Shown here piece after piece: positions 10,277-19,744 of a DNA stretch of 64,000 nt. The stretch comes from an uncultured Desulfobulbaceae bacterium (GTDB lineage Bacteria; Desulfobacterota; Desulfobulbia; Desulfobulbales; BM004). Position numbers and translations under genes: made by a program. Numbering within the stretch: position 1 is the stretch's first letter; the number at the start of each line of letters is the position of its first letter. The stretch covers positions 73-64,072 of the forward strand of contig CALZHP010000001.1 of assembly GCA_945787325.1 (NCBI GenBank). The letters are read 5' to 3'. The notes beneath the pieces were generated by a model. That model did not search any database and was not told the DNA's origin. It worked only from the letters and a program-made list of their open reading frames with translations.

Positions 10277-11722
10277 ATGAACAGAGATGTCTATCAAGAA
10301 CCACTGGTCAGTAGATATACCAGCCGAGAAATGCAAGAGCTGTTCTCTGAACAAAATAAAATTGAAACATGGCGACGCTGCTGGATAGCACTAGCTGAAG
10401 CACAAAACGAACTTGGTCTTTCAGATATTGTTACCCAGGACATGATCAATGAGTTAAAAGAACATGCAACGGATATTGATTTTGATCTTGCAGCAAAAAA
10501 AGAAAAAGAAATTCGTCATGACGTAATGGCCCATGTATTCGCTTATGGCCAGGTGTGCCCTAAAGCTGAAAGAATTATTCATCTTGGAGCAACATCACAG
10601 TTTGTTGTCTGCAACACTGACCTTATTGTGCAAAGCAAAGCATTGCAGCTAATTAAAAAAGGTGTTGTAAACGTACTACATAATCTTACCAATTTTGCAC
10701 GCAAGTACAAAGACATGGCTACTCTTGGTTATACTCATTATCAGCCTGCACAGCCAACGACTGTTGGCAAAAGAAACACCTTGTACATTCAGGACCTCCT
10801 TATGGATCTTGATTACATAGAATATCTTGAAAAGCAGGTAAAAGCCCGTGGAGCCAAAGGAACTGTTGGGACTCAAGCAACTTTTCTTGAACTATTTAAA
10901 GGTGATCACAGCAAAGTAAGAAAACTGGACAGATTTGTTTCTGACAAGCTGGGGTTTAAAGAGGTCTTCCCTGTTACTGGCCAGACATATACAAGAAAAC
11001 TCGACATGAAAACCTCGGAAACACTTGCAGGCATTGCTTCTTCTGCACACAAATTCGCAGTTGATATGCGGTTACTATCAAACATGAAAGTCCAGGAAGA
11101 ACCTTTTGCAAAAAGTCAGGTAGGCAGTTCTGCCATGGCATACAAACGAAATCCAATGCGTTCCGAAAGGATGACAGGTCTCGCCCGGAAATTAATGGGG
11201 TTACCGTTAAACTTTTCTGGCACCTATTCAAATCAATGGTTCGAAAGAACACTTGACGATTCAGCGATAAGACGTATGGATATGCCACAGGCGTTTTTAT
11301 TGGCAGATGCTATCTTGAAACTCTACATTAACATAACTAGCGATATGGTTGTGTTTCCAAAACAAATAGAACGTCACCTTCTTCAGGAATTACCGTTTAT
11401 GTCTACGGAAAAAATATTGATGGCCGCTGTTGAGCGAGGAAAAAGCCGCCAGGAAATGCATGAAGTTATCAAGCATCATTCTGTTGAAGCTGGCAGAGTT
11501 GTAAAAGAAGAAGGAAAAGAAAACGATCTCCTCGACCGGCTCGCAGAAGATAACGCAGTTCCATTCAGAAGAGAGGAACTTGACGAATTTATTAACGACT
11601 ACCAACAATTTACTGGAAGAGCTTCCCAGCAGACAGAGGAATTTCTTGCCGAGGTGGTAGATCCAATTCTTTTATCTTATAAACATCTTATTGGTGAAGT
11701 CGACTCCACCCTTTCCGTTTAG
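10277..11722 (+). CDS. purB: adenylosuccinate lyase
   Basis: 481 aa. The fumarate-lyase signature is GSSAMAYKRNPMRSE, and the protein has the long C-terminal ADSL form. Confidence 0.93.
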   Translation: MNRDVYQEPLVSRYTSREMQELFSEQNKIETWRRCWIALAEAQNELGLSDIVTQDMINELKEHATDIDFDLAAKKEKEIRHDVMAHVFAYGQVCPKAERIIHLGATSQFVVCNTDLIVQSKALQLIKKGVVNVLHNLTNFARKYKDMATLGYTHYQPAQPTTVGKRNTLYIQDLLMDLDYIEYLEKQVKARGAKGTVGTQATFLELFKGDHSKVRKLDRFVSDKLGFKEVFPVTGQTYTRKLDMKTSETLAGIASSAHKFAVDMRLLSNMKVQEEPFAKSQVGSSAMAYKRNPMRSERMTGLARKLMGLPLNFSGTYSNQWFERTLDDSAIRRMDMPQAFLLADAILKLYINITSDMVVFPKQIERHLLQELPFMSTEKILMAAVERGKSRQEMHEVIKHHSVEAGRVVKEEGKENDLLDRLAEDNAVPFRREELDEFINDYQQFTGRASQQTEEFLAEVVDPILLSYKHLIGEVDSTLSV

Positions 11723-11734
11723 CATTATATTGGT

Positions 11735-11935
11735 ATGGAAAACCTCACTTCGGTTCAAATCCGCATTTCTCCCGAAAGAATTTATTTTTTAAAATTTATT
11801 CTTGAGGGTTATGATAATCTTGCGGTCCTATCAACAGTTGATCGCATAGATGGTATATTAGAAATTCGTTACCCTTCTGAACAGAAACATGAAGTTGATC
11901 AACTCCTGCAAAGTCTGATGCCTTTGCTTTCCTGA
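11735..11935 (+). CDS. small conserved protein (DUF4911-like)
   Basis: 66 aa, lying 12 nt after purB. The sequence IYFLKFILEGYDNLAVLSTVD resembles the small DUF4911 family I recall following purB in delta-type genomes. The family assignment is from memory only. Confidence 0.55.
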   Translation: MENLTSVQIRISPERIYFLKFILEGYDNLAVLSTVDRIDGILEIRYPSEQKHEVDQLLQSLMPLLS

Positions 11936-11960
11936 TTTTCAGTTTTAATTGGTGATTGAA

Positions 11961-13316
11961 ATGAGTTTTCCAAAATCAGCTTTTCTGGTTTCAATAACCG
12001 TATTTTTTATTTTATCGGTTTCTATTTATTCTTTTGCACAGGAATTAAAAAGGGACATCTCTACTTCTTCTCAGGAAATTCTTACGCTCAAGGAATGCAT
12101 ACAGGAGACACTATCCAAAAATCCACGCTTTGGATCAGCCCTTCATGATGTTGAAGAACAAGAGCAAACTTTGGAAAGCTCTAAAAAAGACCTCTACCCT
12201 TCCCTGTCATTCCAGTACATTTTTGACAAGCAGCTGGACAACTCCATAAGCTTTGGTGGAAACAGTCTCAATCTTGATAATTATTACAGTTATGCTTTTT
12301 CGGTGGAACAACCAGTCTACAGGGGTAAATCACTGGTTACAGCTGTCGAGATTGGTGAACTGAACCTGATGAAGTCAGAATCAAATCTTACGAAAACACG
12401 AAATGACATCATTTTTGCAGTTCATGAAGCCTATTTTAACATATTAAAAGCAAGAAAATTTGAAGATGAGGCCAAACAGGCAGTTCTTCGTCTTGAATCT
12501 CATAAAAAGGATGCAAAAGCTTTTTATGATGCTGGACTGATACCAAAAAATGATTACCTTGTGAGCGAAGTGGAACTTGCACAGGGTCTTCAGGATCTTT
12601 TGCGTGCAAAAAATTCTGCTGCACTTGCAACAACTACACTAAGTATTCTGATGAAAAGACCGGCGGCTGAATATTTGTTTCTTGAGGATATAACTCATTA
12701 TGAACCATATTATGTTGATTGGGATAAAGAAGTGCAAAAAGCCCTGTCCAACCGGCCCGAGATCGTTGAAGGTGATATTGCCGTTCAGCAAGCAACTAAA
12801 GATGTAGTGATGACAAAGGCTGAATATCTTCCATCTGTATCTGTTTCAGCAACGTATAAAAAACAGGGTGATAACTTCTGGGCAGATACGTATCCAATCG
12901 GATCAAGCGAGGTACGGTCTGCACAGGCTTTTTTAAATTGGAGATTCTGGGCCTGGGGACAAAAACGAAATAAAACGGTTGCTGCTGAACGCCGAATAAA
13001 AAAGGCCGAAAAGTCAGTAACACAGGTTAAAGATAATATCATATTTGAAATTCGCGAAGCTCATCTGAATCTCTTGCAGGCTGAACAGAATATTTCGGTT
13101 ACACAGACAGCTGTTGAACAGGCTGAAGAAAACTATAGACTTAATGAAGCCAGGTATCAGGCACAACTTGCCACATCAACCGAAGTACTTGACGCACAAA
13201 CGCTTTTGACACGAGCGAATGTCAACTATTACAATGCCCTTTATGACCATAAAATTGCTATCGCTAGCCTGAATTGGGCAACAGGTACAATCGGACAACA
13301 AACAGAAATACAATGA
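11961..13316 (+). CDS. TolC-family outer membrane efflux protein
   Basis: About 451 aa with a signal peptide. It shows a two-fold repeat of coiled-coil/beta segments typical of OEP/TolC, for example YPSLSFQY and YLPSVSVSATY. I chose the ATG at 11961; the track ORF begins at a TTG at 11949. Confidence 0.8.
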   Translation: MSFPKSAFLVSITVFFILSVSIYSFAQELKRDISTSSQEILTLKECIQETLSKNPRFGSALHDVEEQEQTLESSKKDLYPSLSFQYIFDKQLDNSISFGGNSLNLDNYYSYAFSVEQPVYRGKSLVTAVEIGELNLMKSESNLTKTRNDIIFAVHEAYFNILKARKFEDEAKQAVLRLESHKKDAKAFYDAGLIPKNDYLVSEVELAQGLQDLLRAKNSAALATTTLSILMKRPAAEYLFLEDITHYEPYYVDWDKEVQKALSNRPEIVEGDIAVQQATKDVVMTKAEYLPSVSVSATYKKQGDNFWADTYPIGSSEVRSAQAFLNWRFWAWGQKRNKTVAAERRIKKAEKSVTQVKDNIIFEIREAHLNLLQAEQNISVTQTAVEQAEENYRLNEARYQAQLATSTEVLDAQTLLTRANVNYYNALYDHKIAIASLNWATGTIGQQTEIQ

Positions 13317-14695
13317 ACTCTCAACTTGCATATATAGAAACATTCGGCTGCCAGATGAACGAGCGGGATTCTGAAATAATGGGACAACTGCTAACCGGAT
13401 CGAATTATATAGAAACAACCCGGATCTCCGACGCAGACCTCATCCTGGTGAACACCTGTTCCATCAGGGATAAAGCTGAACAAAAAGTGTACAGCCTGCT
13501 TGGACGTCTAAGCAAATACAAGAAACGCAAACCCTCTTTAATTATTTCTGTGGCAGGATGTGTGGCTCAACAGGAAGGCAATCGTCTGCCCAGCAGAATG
13601 CCACAGGTTGACATAGTAATTGGAACACAGAATATATACAAACTGCCCGAACTTGTTAATAAAATTAAAAAAGGGCATACACCACAGATTGCAATTGAGC
13701 TGACAAACACCTTCGAAATTCCTCCATATTCCGCAACTGCCCCCCCTGCCGTTCAAGCTCCTTTGGCCGAGAAATTAGATTGCAGTTCAGAGGGAGAATT
13801 TAAAAAGTTTGTTACAATTATGCAGGGATGCAACAACTTTTGCTCTTATTGCGTGGTCCCTCATACACGAGGCCGGGAAGTAGGTAGAAGTATTGGTGAT
13901 ATTATCTCTGAAGTCGAGAAATTAGCCAACGCCAACATAAAAGAAATTACATTGCTTGGACAGAATGTTAATTCATATGGATTGTCTAATCAGTCATCAG
14001 AAAAAGCAAACAAAAGTGCTTTCCCGGACCTGTTACGTGCAGTTGCCAATATAGACGGTATTAAACGCATACGTTTTACAACGTCACACCCCAAAGACCT
14101 TTCCGAAGAACTTATGGGCTGTTTTACTGAAATTGATAAACTATGCCCTCATTTTCACTTACCGATACAATCCGGATCCAACAAAGTACTGAAAAGTATG
14201 AATCGTAAATATACCATCAAGGATTATCTCAATAAGATTGATGCATTGAGAAACTATCGCCCTGACATTGCAATTTCTACAGATATTATTGTTGGATTTC
14301 CCGGCGAAACCGCTGAGGATTTTGAACAAACAATGGATCTAATGGAGAAAGTTCGATTTCACAGCGCTTTCTCCTTTAAATATTCAGACAGGCCTATGGC
14401 ACGATCAACATCATTTAATGATAAAATATCGGAAGCTGAAAAATCGGAACGTTTATCTCGGTTGCAGAAAAGGCAAAATGAAATAATAATGGACCGCAAC
14501 CGTGAATATGTAGGATCGACTGTACAGGTTATGATTGAAGGAAAAAGCAAATCATCTGATACGCAATGGCAAGGTCGAACCACCACTAATCATATAGTTA
14601 ATTTTGAAGCAAACGATCTAAAAAAAGGTCAACTGGTTGACGTATTGATTACGGAAGCCTGCCAAAATTCATTAAGGGGTATTTATAATGATTGA
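13313..14695 (+). CDS. miaB: tRNA-2-methylthio-N6-dimethylallyladenosine synthase (radical SAM methylthiotransferase)
   Basis: The UPF0004 N-terminus is YIETFGCQMNERDSE, the radical SAM motif is CNNFCSYCVVP, and a C-terminal TRAM domain is present. The ATG at 13313 overlaps the TolC-like stop in an ATGA arrangement. Confidence 0.92.
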   Translation: MNSQLAYIETFGCQMNERDSEIMGQLLTGSNYIETTRISDADLILVNTCSIRDKAEQKVYSLLGRLSKYKKRKPSLIISVAGCVAQQEGNRLPSRMPQVDIVIGTQNIYKLPELVNKIKKGHTPQIAIELTNTFEIPPYSATAPPAVQAPLAEKLDCSSEGEFKKFVTIMQGCNNFCSYCVVPHTRGREVGRSIGDIISEVEKLANANIKEITLLGQNVNSYGLSNQSSEKANKSAFPDLLRAVANIDGIKRIRFTTSHPKDLSEELMGCFTEIDKLCPHFHLPIQSGSNKVLKSMNRKYTIKDYLNKIDALRNYRPDIAISTDIIVGFPGETAEDFEQTMDLMEKVRFHSAFSFKYSDRPMARSTSFNDKISEAEKSERLSRLQKRQNEIIMDRNREYVGSTVQVMIEGKSKSSDTQWQGRTTTNHIVNFEANDLKKGQLVDVLITEACQNSLRGIYND

Positions 14696-15338
14696 TCTTC
14701 ACACCCATTGTCTTTTCAGTGATGGCGAACTAGTGCCTGCCGAACATGTCCGCAGAGCTGAAGTGTTAGGATACAGTGCCATTGCAATTACAGATCATGC
14801 CGATTCTTCCAATATGGATTTTATTATACCAAGGATCATCCAAGCAGCTCGAGAGCTTAATCCCTATACTAAAACTCGCCTTATTCCTGGAATTGAACTT
14901 ACACATATCCCACCACAACTATTTGGTGAACTTGTCGCAAGGGCTAGAAACCTTGGAGCACATATTATCGTAGGCCATGGAGAGACGGTAGTAGAGCCTG
15001 TTATAGCAGGAACAAACAGGGCTGCTATTGAGTCAGGTGTCGATATACTTGCTCATCCTGGATTTATATCGAGAGAAGATGCTGTACTTGCAGCAGAGAG
15101 AGGAGTTTTACTCGAACTTTCAGGTCGCAGAGGGCACTCCCTTACTAACGGTCATGTTGCCGCAACCGCTGTAGCTGTTGGTGCTAAGCTCGCAGTCAAT
15201 GCAGATGCTCATGGTCCCGGAGACTTCCTCACAGCAGAAATGGCCAAAACAGTTGCTCTGGGAGCAGGTCTCAGTGAAGAACGTTACGTTCAGATCAAAA
15301 CAGACATGACAACCCTTGCTGACCGTGTTGAAACCTGA
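14688..15338 (+). CDS. PHP-domain metal-dependent phosphoesterase
   Basis: 216 aa. MIDLHTHCLFSDG, ITDHAD and HPG motifs are characteristic of the PHP (histidinol phosphatase-like) fold. Confidence 0.75.
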   Translation: MIDLHTHCLFSDGELVPAEHVRRAEVLGYSAIAITDHADSSNMDFIIPRIIQAARELNPYTKTRLIPGIELTHIPPQLFGELVARARNLGAHIIVGHGETVVEPVIAGTNRAAIESGVDILAHPGFISREDAVLAAERGVLLELSGRRGHSLTNGHVAATAVAVGAKLAVNADAHGPGDFLTAEMAKTVALGAGLSEERYVQIKTDMTTLADRVET

Positions 15339-15351
15339 AATAATCACTAAT

Positions 15352-16515
15352 TTAAAATTTTGGAGTATCTGCAGGGGGCTGAGGAGTATCCCCTTTTAGC
15401 AACAACCAGAACCTGATAGCAGTTTGGCCAGTAACTTTTTCCCTGGCCTTTATAGCTACACGGTTGGATCTTCTTTGCAGCTCAGCAGGATTTTCAACAC
15501 GCAGAATATCGCCATCAAGTTTTGTCGGCATCCATCCAAGTTCACTTACATATATGGCAAAGCTTCTCGGGTCGTATCTCTGAGGATATAACACTCTGGC
15601 ACTGTATAATTCGGGAGTCGAGTTATTAAGTAGGCCGGAATCAGGTTGAATTGATTCTACAGGAAGATCTGCCCGGTTTAATACCATTTCAAAATGTTCC
15701 ATAGTTGACCAGCTGTTTCCCAGAATAGGCTCCCTGGGAATAGAATATAGTGCGGTATCGGTACTTACTGCTCCGGGATCCTGTGTAAACACGGCGTTGT
15801 AGCCAATATCCCTGGCTACTTCCACAACTGTTGAATTATATTCCCCGTATGGCAGTGCCAGAAATTCTGGTTTATGGCCCAGGTTTTTCTCTATGAGTTT
15901 ATAGCTTTTAAGCAGGTCATCCCTGATCCATTTGCTGTAATGAGCTTTGTCCATACCATCAGGAATAGTTCCCATGCGGTTGTGGGCGTAACTATGATCC
16001 TGAAAGTCTACACCCTGGCCCTGAAGTTCTTTAATCTGTTCCCATGTCATGTAGTCCCAATGCTTATTATCTGTAGCCTTTGAATATATAAAAACAGTAA
16101 ATGGGTAACCAAAAGACTTCAATAGCGGCCACGCTTTTTCGTAAACACTCTTATATCCATCATCTATAGTGATAACGACAGATTTTCTAGGAAGTTTTTC
16201 GCCCTTCTTAAGTAACTCAAACAACACAGAAAGTGATATTACATTGTAATTATTACTTTTCAGATAATCCAGCTGCTCGGCAAATCTTTCAATGGTAACA
16301 TTTGTCGAAGGGTATTTGTCTTCTCCGAATCTATGATAAATAAAAACAGTGACATTATTTGACAATGCAGACTTTTCAAAATTATTAGTCAAATCAATCG
16401 CACTATGGGAATTGTCTGAAGAATGATCAGCTGCAACAAGCAAAGCAGGAGTATTTAATGAGGTCAGGAATACGTGAAAAATTACCAAAAGAACAGAGTT
16501 GTTAAATAATTTCAT
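15352..16515 (-). CDS. secreted polysaccharide deacetylase (NodB/CE4 domain) with extra C-terminal domain
   Basis: 387 aa with a signal peptide. NodB motifs are VITIDDGYKSVY and DHSYAH. About 110 aa at the C-terminus are unassigned. Confidence 0.75.
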   Translation of the reverse strand: MKLFNNSVLLVIFHVFLTSLNTPALLVAADHSSDNSHSAIDLTNNFEKSALSNNVTVFIYHRFGEDKYPSTNVTIERFAEQLDYLKSNNYNVISLSVLFELLKKGEKLPRKSVVITIDDGYKSVYEKAWPLLKSFGYPFTVFIYSKATDNKHWDYMTWEQIKELQGQGVDFQDHSYAHNRMGTIPDGMDKAHYSKWIRDDLLKSYKLIEKNLGHKPEFLALPYGEYNSTVVEVARDIGYNAVFTQDPGAVSTDTALYSIPREPILGNSWSTMEHFEMVLNRADLPVESIQPDSGLLNNSTPELYSARVLYPQRYDPRSFAIYVSELGWMPTKLDGDILRVENPAELQRRSNRVAIKAREKVTGQTAIRFWLLLKGDTPQPPADTPKF

Positions 16516-16527
16516 GGAAAAACCGGA

Positions 16528-17610
16528 TCAGATAGAAACTTTGAGAGATGAAAATATATTGGTGAATTTTATCAGCGCCTTTTTTTTCTTGGCAAGTGTA
16601 CATCTGTCAAACGCCTTAAGATTGTTATCCAGGATCATTTTTTTGACATCCCGAACATATTCTTCCCTTCGTTGAGAATAATTAAGCAAACCGTTTGCCA
16701 GGTCAAGGGAATCAAACGAATTACGCCTTATAACACGCAATCTGCCATAGGCTGAAACACGGTTAAGGATCAATATATATGACCGAACTGATTCTAAGAG
16801 CGAATCGTATATTCTTACTTTGTGAGTTTGCCCTTCTTCCCTGCCCAAAGGAATAATTCCCTTTTCACCCCAAGTCCAAACGCCAAAAAGATTGTTTCCT
16901 TCTCTGGCAAACCTTGAGCGCCCCCAATAGGACTCGATTGCTGCCTGAGATAGTATTAGGCTTAGAGGTAGAATATCTACCCGGTCAAGTAATTTTACCG
17001 TTTTGGATGTCCTGTATTTTTTTGTGAGATTATTTATAAATAACACATCATCTGGATTTAAATTCTTCTTCCAGCCGGAGAGCTTATTAGACAGGTTGAG
17101 TATATCTGAATTATTTCCTATTTTTTCTAAAATCTCCTGGAATTTTGTTCTCTCAAGAGCAACTTCATTGAGAGCTATTAAAGCTACAGGCAACATTGTT
17201 CTCAGGAAAACTTTTTTGCTGAGTTTGAGGTTGCCTGACTTGTTCATGTTTTCGGGAAACCTCTCAAGGATTATTGGAGGTATCTCTGAGTCCGGTGCGA
17301 TATCCCATAATTCCTCAACTTTAAGTATCTCAACAAGTTCTTCAATGGAGCCTGTTACAATTACTCGAACCGTGTCATGAGCAGCAGCGGCAACTTTTAT
17401 AGATTTCTCTTTTTCAGGGTTTGCCAACACCTCATTTCCAGGCACAGCAGTAGGTACAACATCCGATAGTAAATGGAAAACTGCTACAACAGCCACAACA
17501 ATACAAGGAAGTACTAATCTGACAATGACAGGGCGGATTTTTATATCGCCAAAAGTAATGAAAAAACCGCCACTTAACGGTGATATTTCTTTTTTCTCTC
17601 TCGTATCCAT
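16528..17610 (-). CDS. membrane-anchored glucosaminidase-domain (Bax-like) protein
   Basis: 360 aa with an N-terminal TM segment. AAIESYWGRSRFAREGNNLFGVW matches the mannosyl-glycoprotein endo-beta-N-acetylglucosaminidase/Bax-type motif. Confidence 0.65.
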   Translation of the reverse strand: MDTREKKEISPLSGGFFITFGDIKIRPVIVRLVLPCIVVAVVAVFHLLSDVVPTAVPGNEVLANPEKEKSIKVAAAAHDTVRVIVTGSIEELVEILKVEELWDIAPDSEIPPIILERFPENMNKSGNLKLSKKVFLRTMLPVALIALNEVALERTKFQEILEKIGNNSDILNLSNKLSGWKKNLNPDDVLFINNLTKKYRTSKTVKLLDRVDILPLSLILSQAAIESYWGRSRFAREGNNLFGVWTWGEKGIIPLGREEGQTHKVRIYDSLLESVRSYILILNRVSAYGRLRVIRRNSFDSLDLANGLLNYSQRREEYVRDVKKMILDNNLKAFDRCTLAKKKKALIKFTNIFSSLKVSI

Positions 17611-17674
17611 TGATTATTGAGTTTGCAGCATTTTACGGTGGGATTACTAACGCATCCATAAGCGCCTGATGATG

Positions 17675-19675
17675 CTATGTGTCGGCCTTGGCGTCCTTGT
17701 CAAAAAGACCAGGAATAGGTTGTGCCTCTTTATCCTGTTCCGAAACCTTACCTGTAAGCTCGGTTATACGTCTGACAACCCTGTTGGAAATACGCTTACC
17801 TATAGCAGTAGGGTTCTTTACAAGATAGTCATCCATATATACTCGCATAGAGTTTGTCTTCGCTCTGGCAGCTGGAACAAAGTTTACTCGAGCCCGAATC
17901 TCGTTACCAGTTTGCAGAAACTGTATAATTGAGTTTTTGTGTTTAGGAAATAATTGATATTCCTTTCCAAGTATGAACTTTGGTGTATAGAATCTCTTAA
18001 TATAAGATATATTTTGGCTTCCGTCACGATAAATCATATTAAACAGGATTTTGTCTTCAACCTTTCCAGCCCATAGAAGGTCGTGCCCAATAAACATTTT
18101 TTCTTCAACATTAACAACTTTATATTGGCCGTTTTTGTGGATAAGCAAAACCTTATCATATTCGGAGCATGGAAAACCTATATCATCTTCAGACTTTGGA
18201 ACCTGATGCCCAAATAGACCGCTCTCCCTATGATAACCTACTGTCAGGTTTGAAAGAGCTACTGCCCTTGCTTCTACTTCTTGAAATGTTTCAATTATTG
18301 TTCTTCTTGGGTGAAAACGACCATGTTTTTTCAATAGACCATCAATATAATTAATAGTATAGGCCACCATGTCCTTGAGATATGCTTCGACCTCTTTAAT
18401 CGATTTCTTTATCCCTTTGACTTCTTTCTGGTGTTTATTTATGTCATAACGTGAAATACGTTTTATGCGGATTTCAAGAAGGCGTTCAATGTCATCGCGG
18501 GTAACTTCACGCTCCAGCATATCCAAAAACGGTTCAATACCTTTTTCAACCGTGTTTAAGACATCTTTATAAGTTTTACACTCTTCAATATCTTTATAAA
18601 TACGTTCTTCAATAAAAATCTGTTCAAGAAGTTTTGCGTGTAGTTTGTCTTTATAGCGTGACAAATCAATGGTCAATTCTTTTTCAAGATCTTGGACCAG
18701 CTTATCAGTATTATAACGCAGCACCTCTTCCACTGACATAGTGGTCGGATTGTTATCCTTCAGCAGCGTCAGGTTGGGGCTAATGTTAACTTCGCAATCC
18801 GAAAAGGCATACAGTGCTTTAATTGTATCCTTTGAATATATTCCTCGTGCCAGCTTTATTTCTATTTCAACTTCTTCAGCTGTATAATCATTAATGGACT
18901 GAATTTTAATTTTACCTGCACGGGCGGCCTTTTCAACACTGTCAATTATTGATTGGGTCGTTGTGTTGTAAGGAATTTCTTTAATAACAATAGTTTTATC
19001 ATTTTTTTCTTCTATAGTTGCACGGCACTTAAGGCGGCCGTTTCCATCTTCATAGCCGGAAACATCGAGTTTGCCCCCCTTCTGAAAATCTGGATAAATT
19101 ACAAATTGTTTACCTTTAAGTATCTTTTTTTGAGCCTGGAGCAGTTCCTTGAAATTATGAGGCATAATTTTGGTAGCCATACCTACAGCAATACCTTCTG
19201 CACCATGCAAAAGCAGTATGGGAATTTTTGCAGGCAGGGTAACCGGTTCCTTCATCCTTCCATCATAAGAATCTACATATTCGGTAAGATCAGGATTGAA
19301 TAGTGTTTCTTTGGAGAGGGGCGACAGGCGACATTCGATATATCTGGCTGCAGAGGCACCATCACCGGTATAGATGTTTCCAAAATTACCCTGACGTTCT
19401 ATAAGAAATTCTTTATTGGCAACATTGACCAAGGCAGCATAAATGGATGCATCACCGTGTGGATGAAGTTTCATGGCATCACCAACAACGTTGGCAACTT
19501 TCTGGAAGCGGCCGTCATCCATATTATAAAGAGTTTGCAGGATACGGCGTTGGACAGGTTTCAGTCCGTCGTTAATATCTGGGATTGCCCTTTCTTTGAT
19601 GACATACGAGGTGTATTCAATGAAGTTATCATCAAATAGGCGGTGGAGTTTACCGAACTTGGCATTAAGGTCCAT
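17675..19675 (-). CDS. parC: type IIA DNA topoisomerase subunit A (ParC/GyrA-like, short C-terminal domain)
   Basis: 666 aa. GLKPVQRRIL and HPHGDASIY are present, and the catalytic tyrosine context is AARYIECRL. It lies immediately downstream of the B subunit. Confidence 0.85.
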   Translation of the reverse strand: MDLNAKFGKLHRLFDDNFIEYTSYVIKERAIPDINDGLKPVQRRILQTLYNMDDGRFQKVANVVGDAMKLHPHGDASIYAALVNVANKEFLIERQGNFGNIYTGDGASAARYIECRLSPLSKETLFNPDLTEYVDSYDGRMKEPVTLPAKIPILLLHGAEGIAVGMATKIMPHNFKELLQAQKKILKGKQFVIYPDFQKGGKLDVSGYEDGNGRLKCRATIEEKNDKTIVIKEIPYNTTTQSIIDSVEKAARAGKIKIQSINDYTAEEVEIEIKLARGIYSKDTIKALYAFSDCEVNISPNLTLLKDNNPTTMSVEEVLRYNTDKLVQDLEKELTIDLSRYKDKLHAKLLEQIFIEERIYKDIEECKTYKDVLNTVEKGIEPFLDMLEREVTRDDIERLLEIRIKRISRYDINKHQKEVKGIKKSIKEVEAYLKDMVAYTINYIDGLLKKHGRFHPRRTIIETFQEVEARAVALSNLTVGYHRESGLFGHQVPKSEDDIGFPCSEYDKVLLIHKNGQYKVVNVEEKMFIGHDLLWAGKVEDKILFNMIYRDGSQNISYIKRFYTPKFILGKEYQLFPKHKNSIIQFLQTGNEIRARVNFVPAARAKTNSMRVYMDDYLVKNPTAIGKRISNRVVRRITELTGKVSEQDKEAQPIPGLFDKDAKADT

Positions 19676-19744
19676 GACTTGACGTTGGCATCAGGTTAAT
19701 TTAAATTGTTATTGGCGAGCACTAAGGTAATAAATATAACTCTG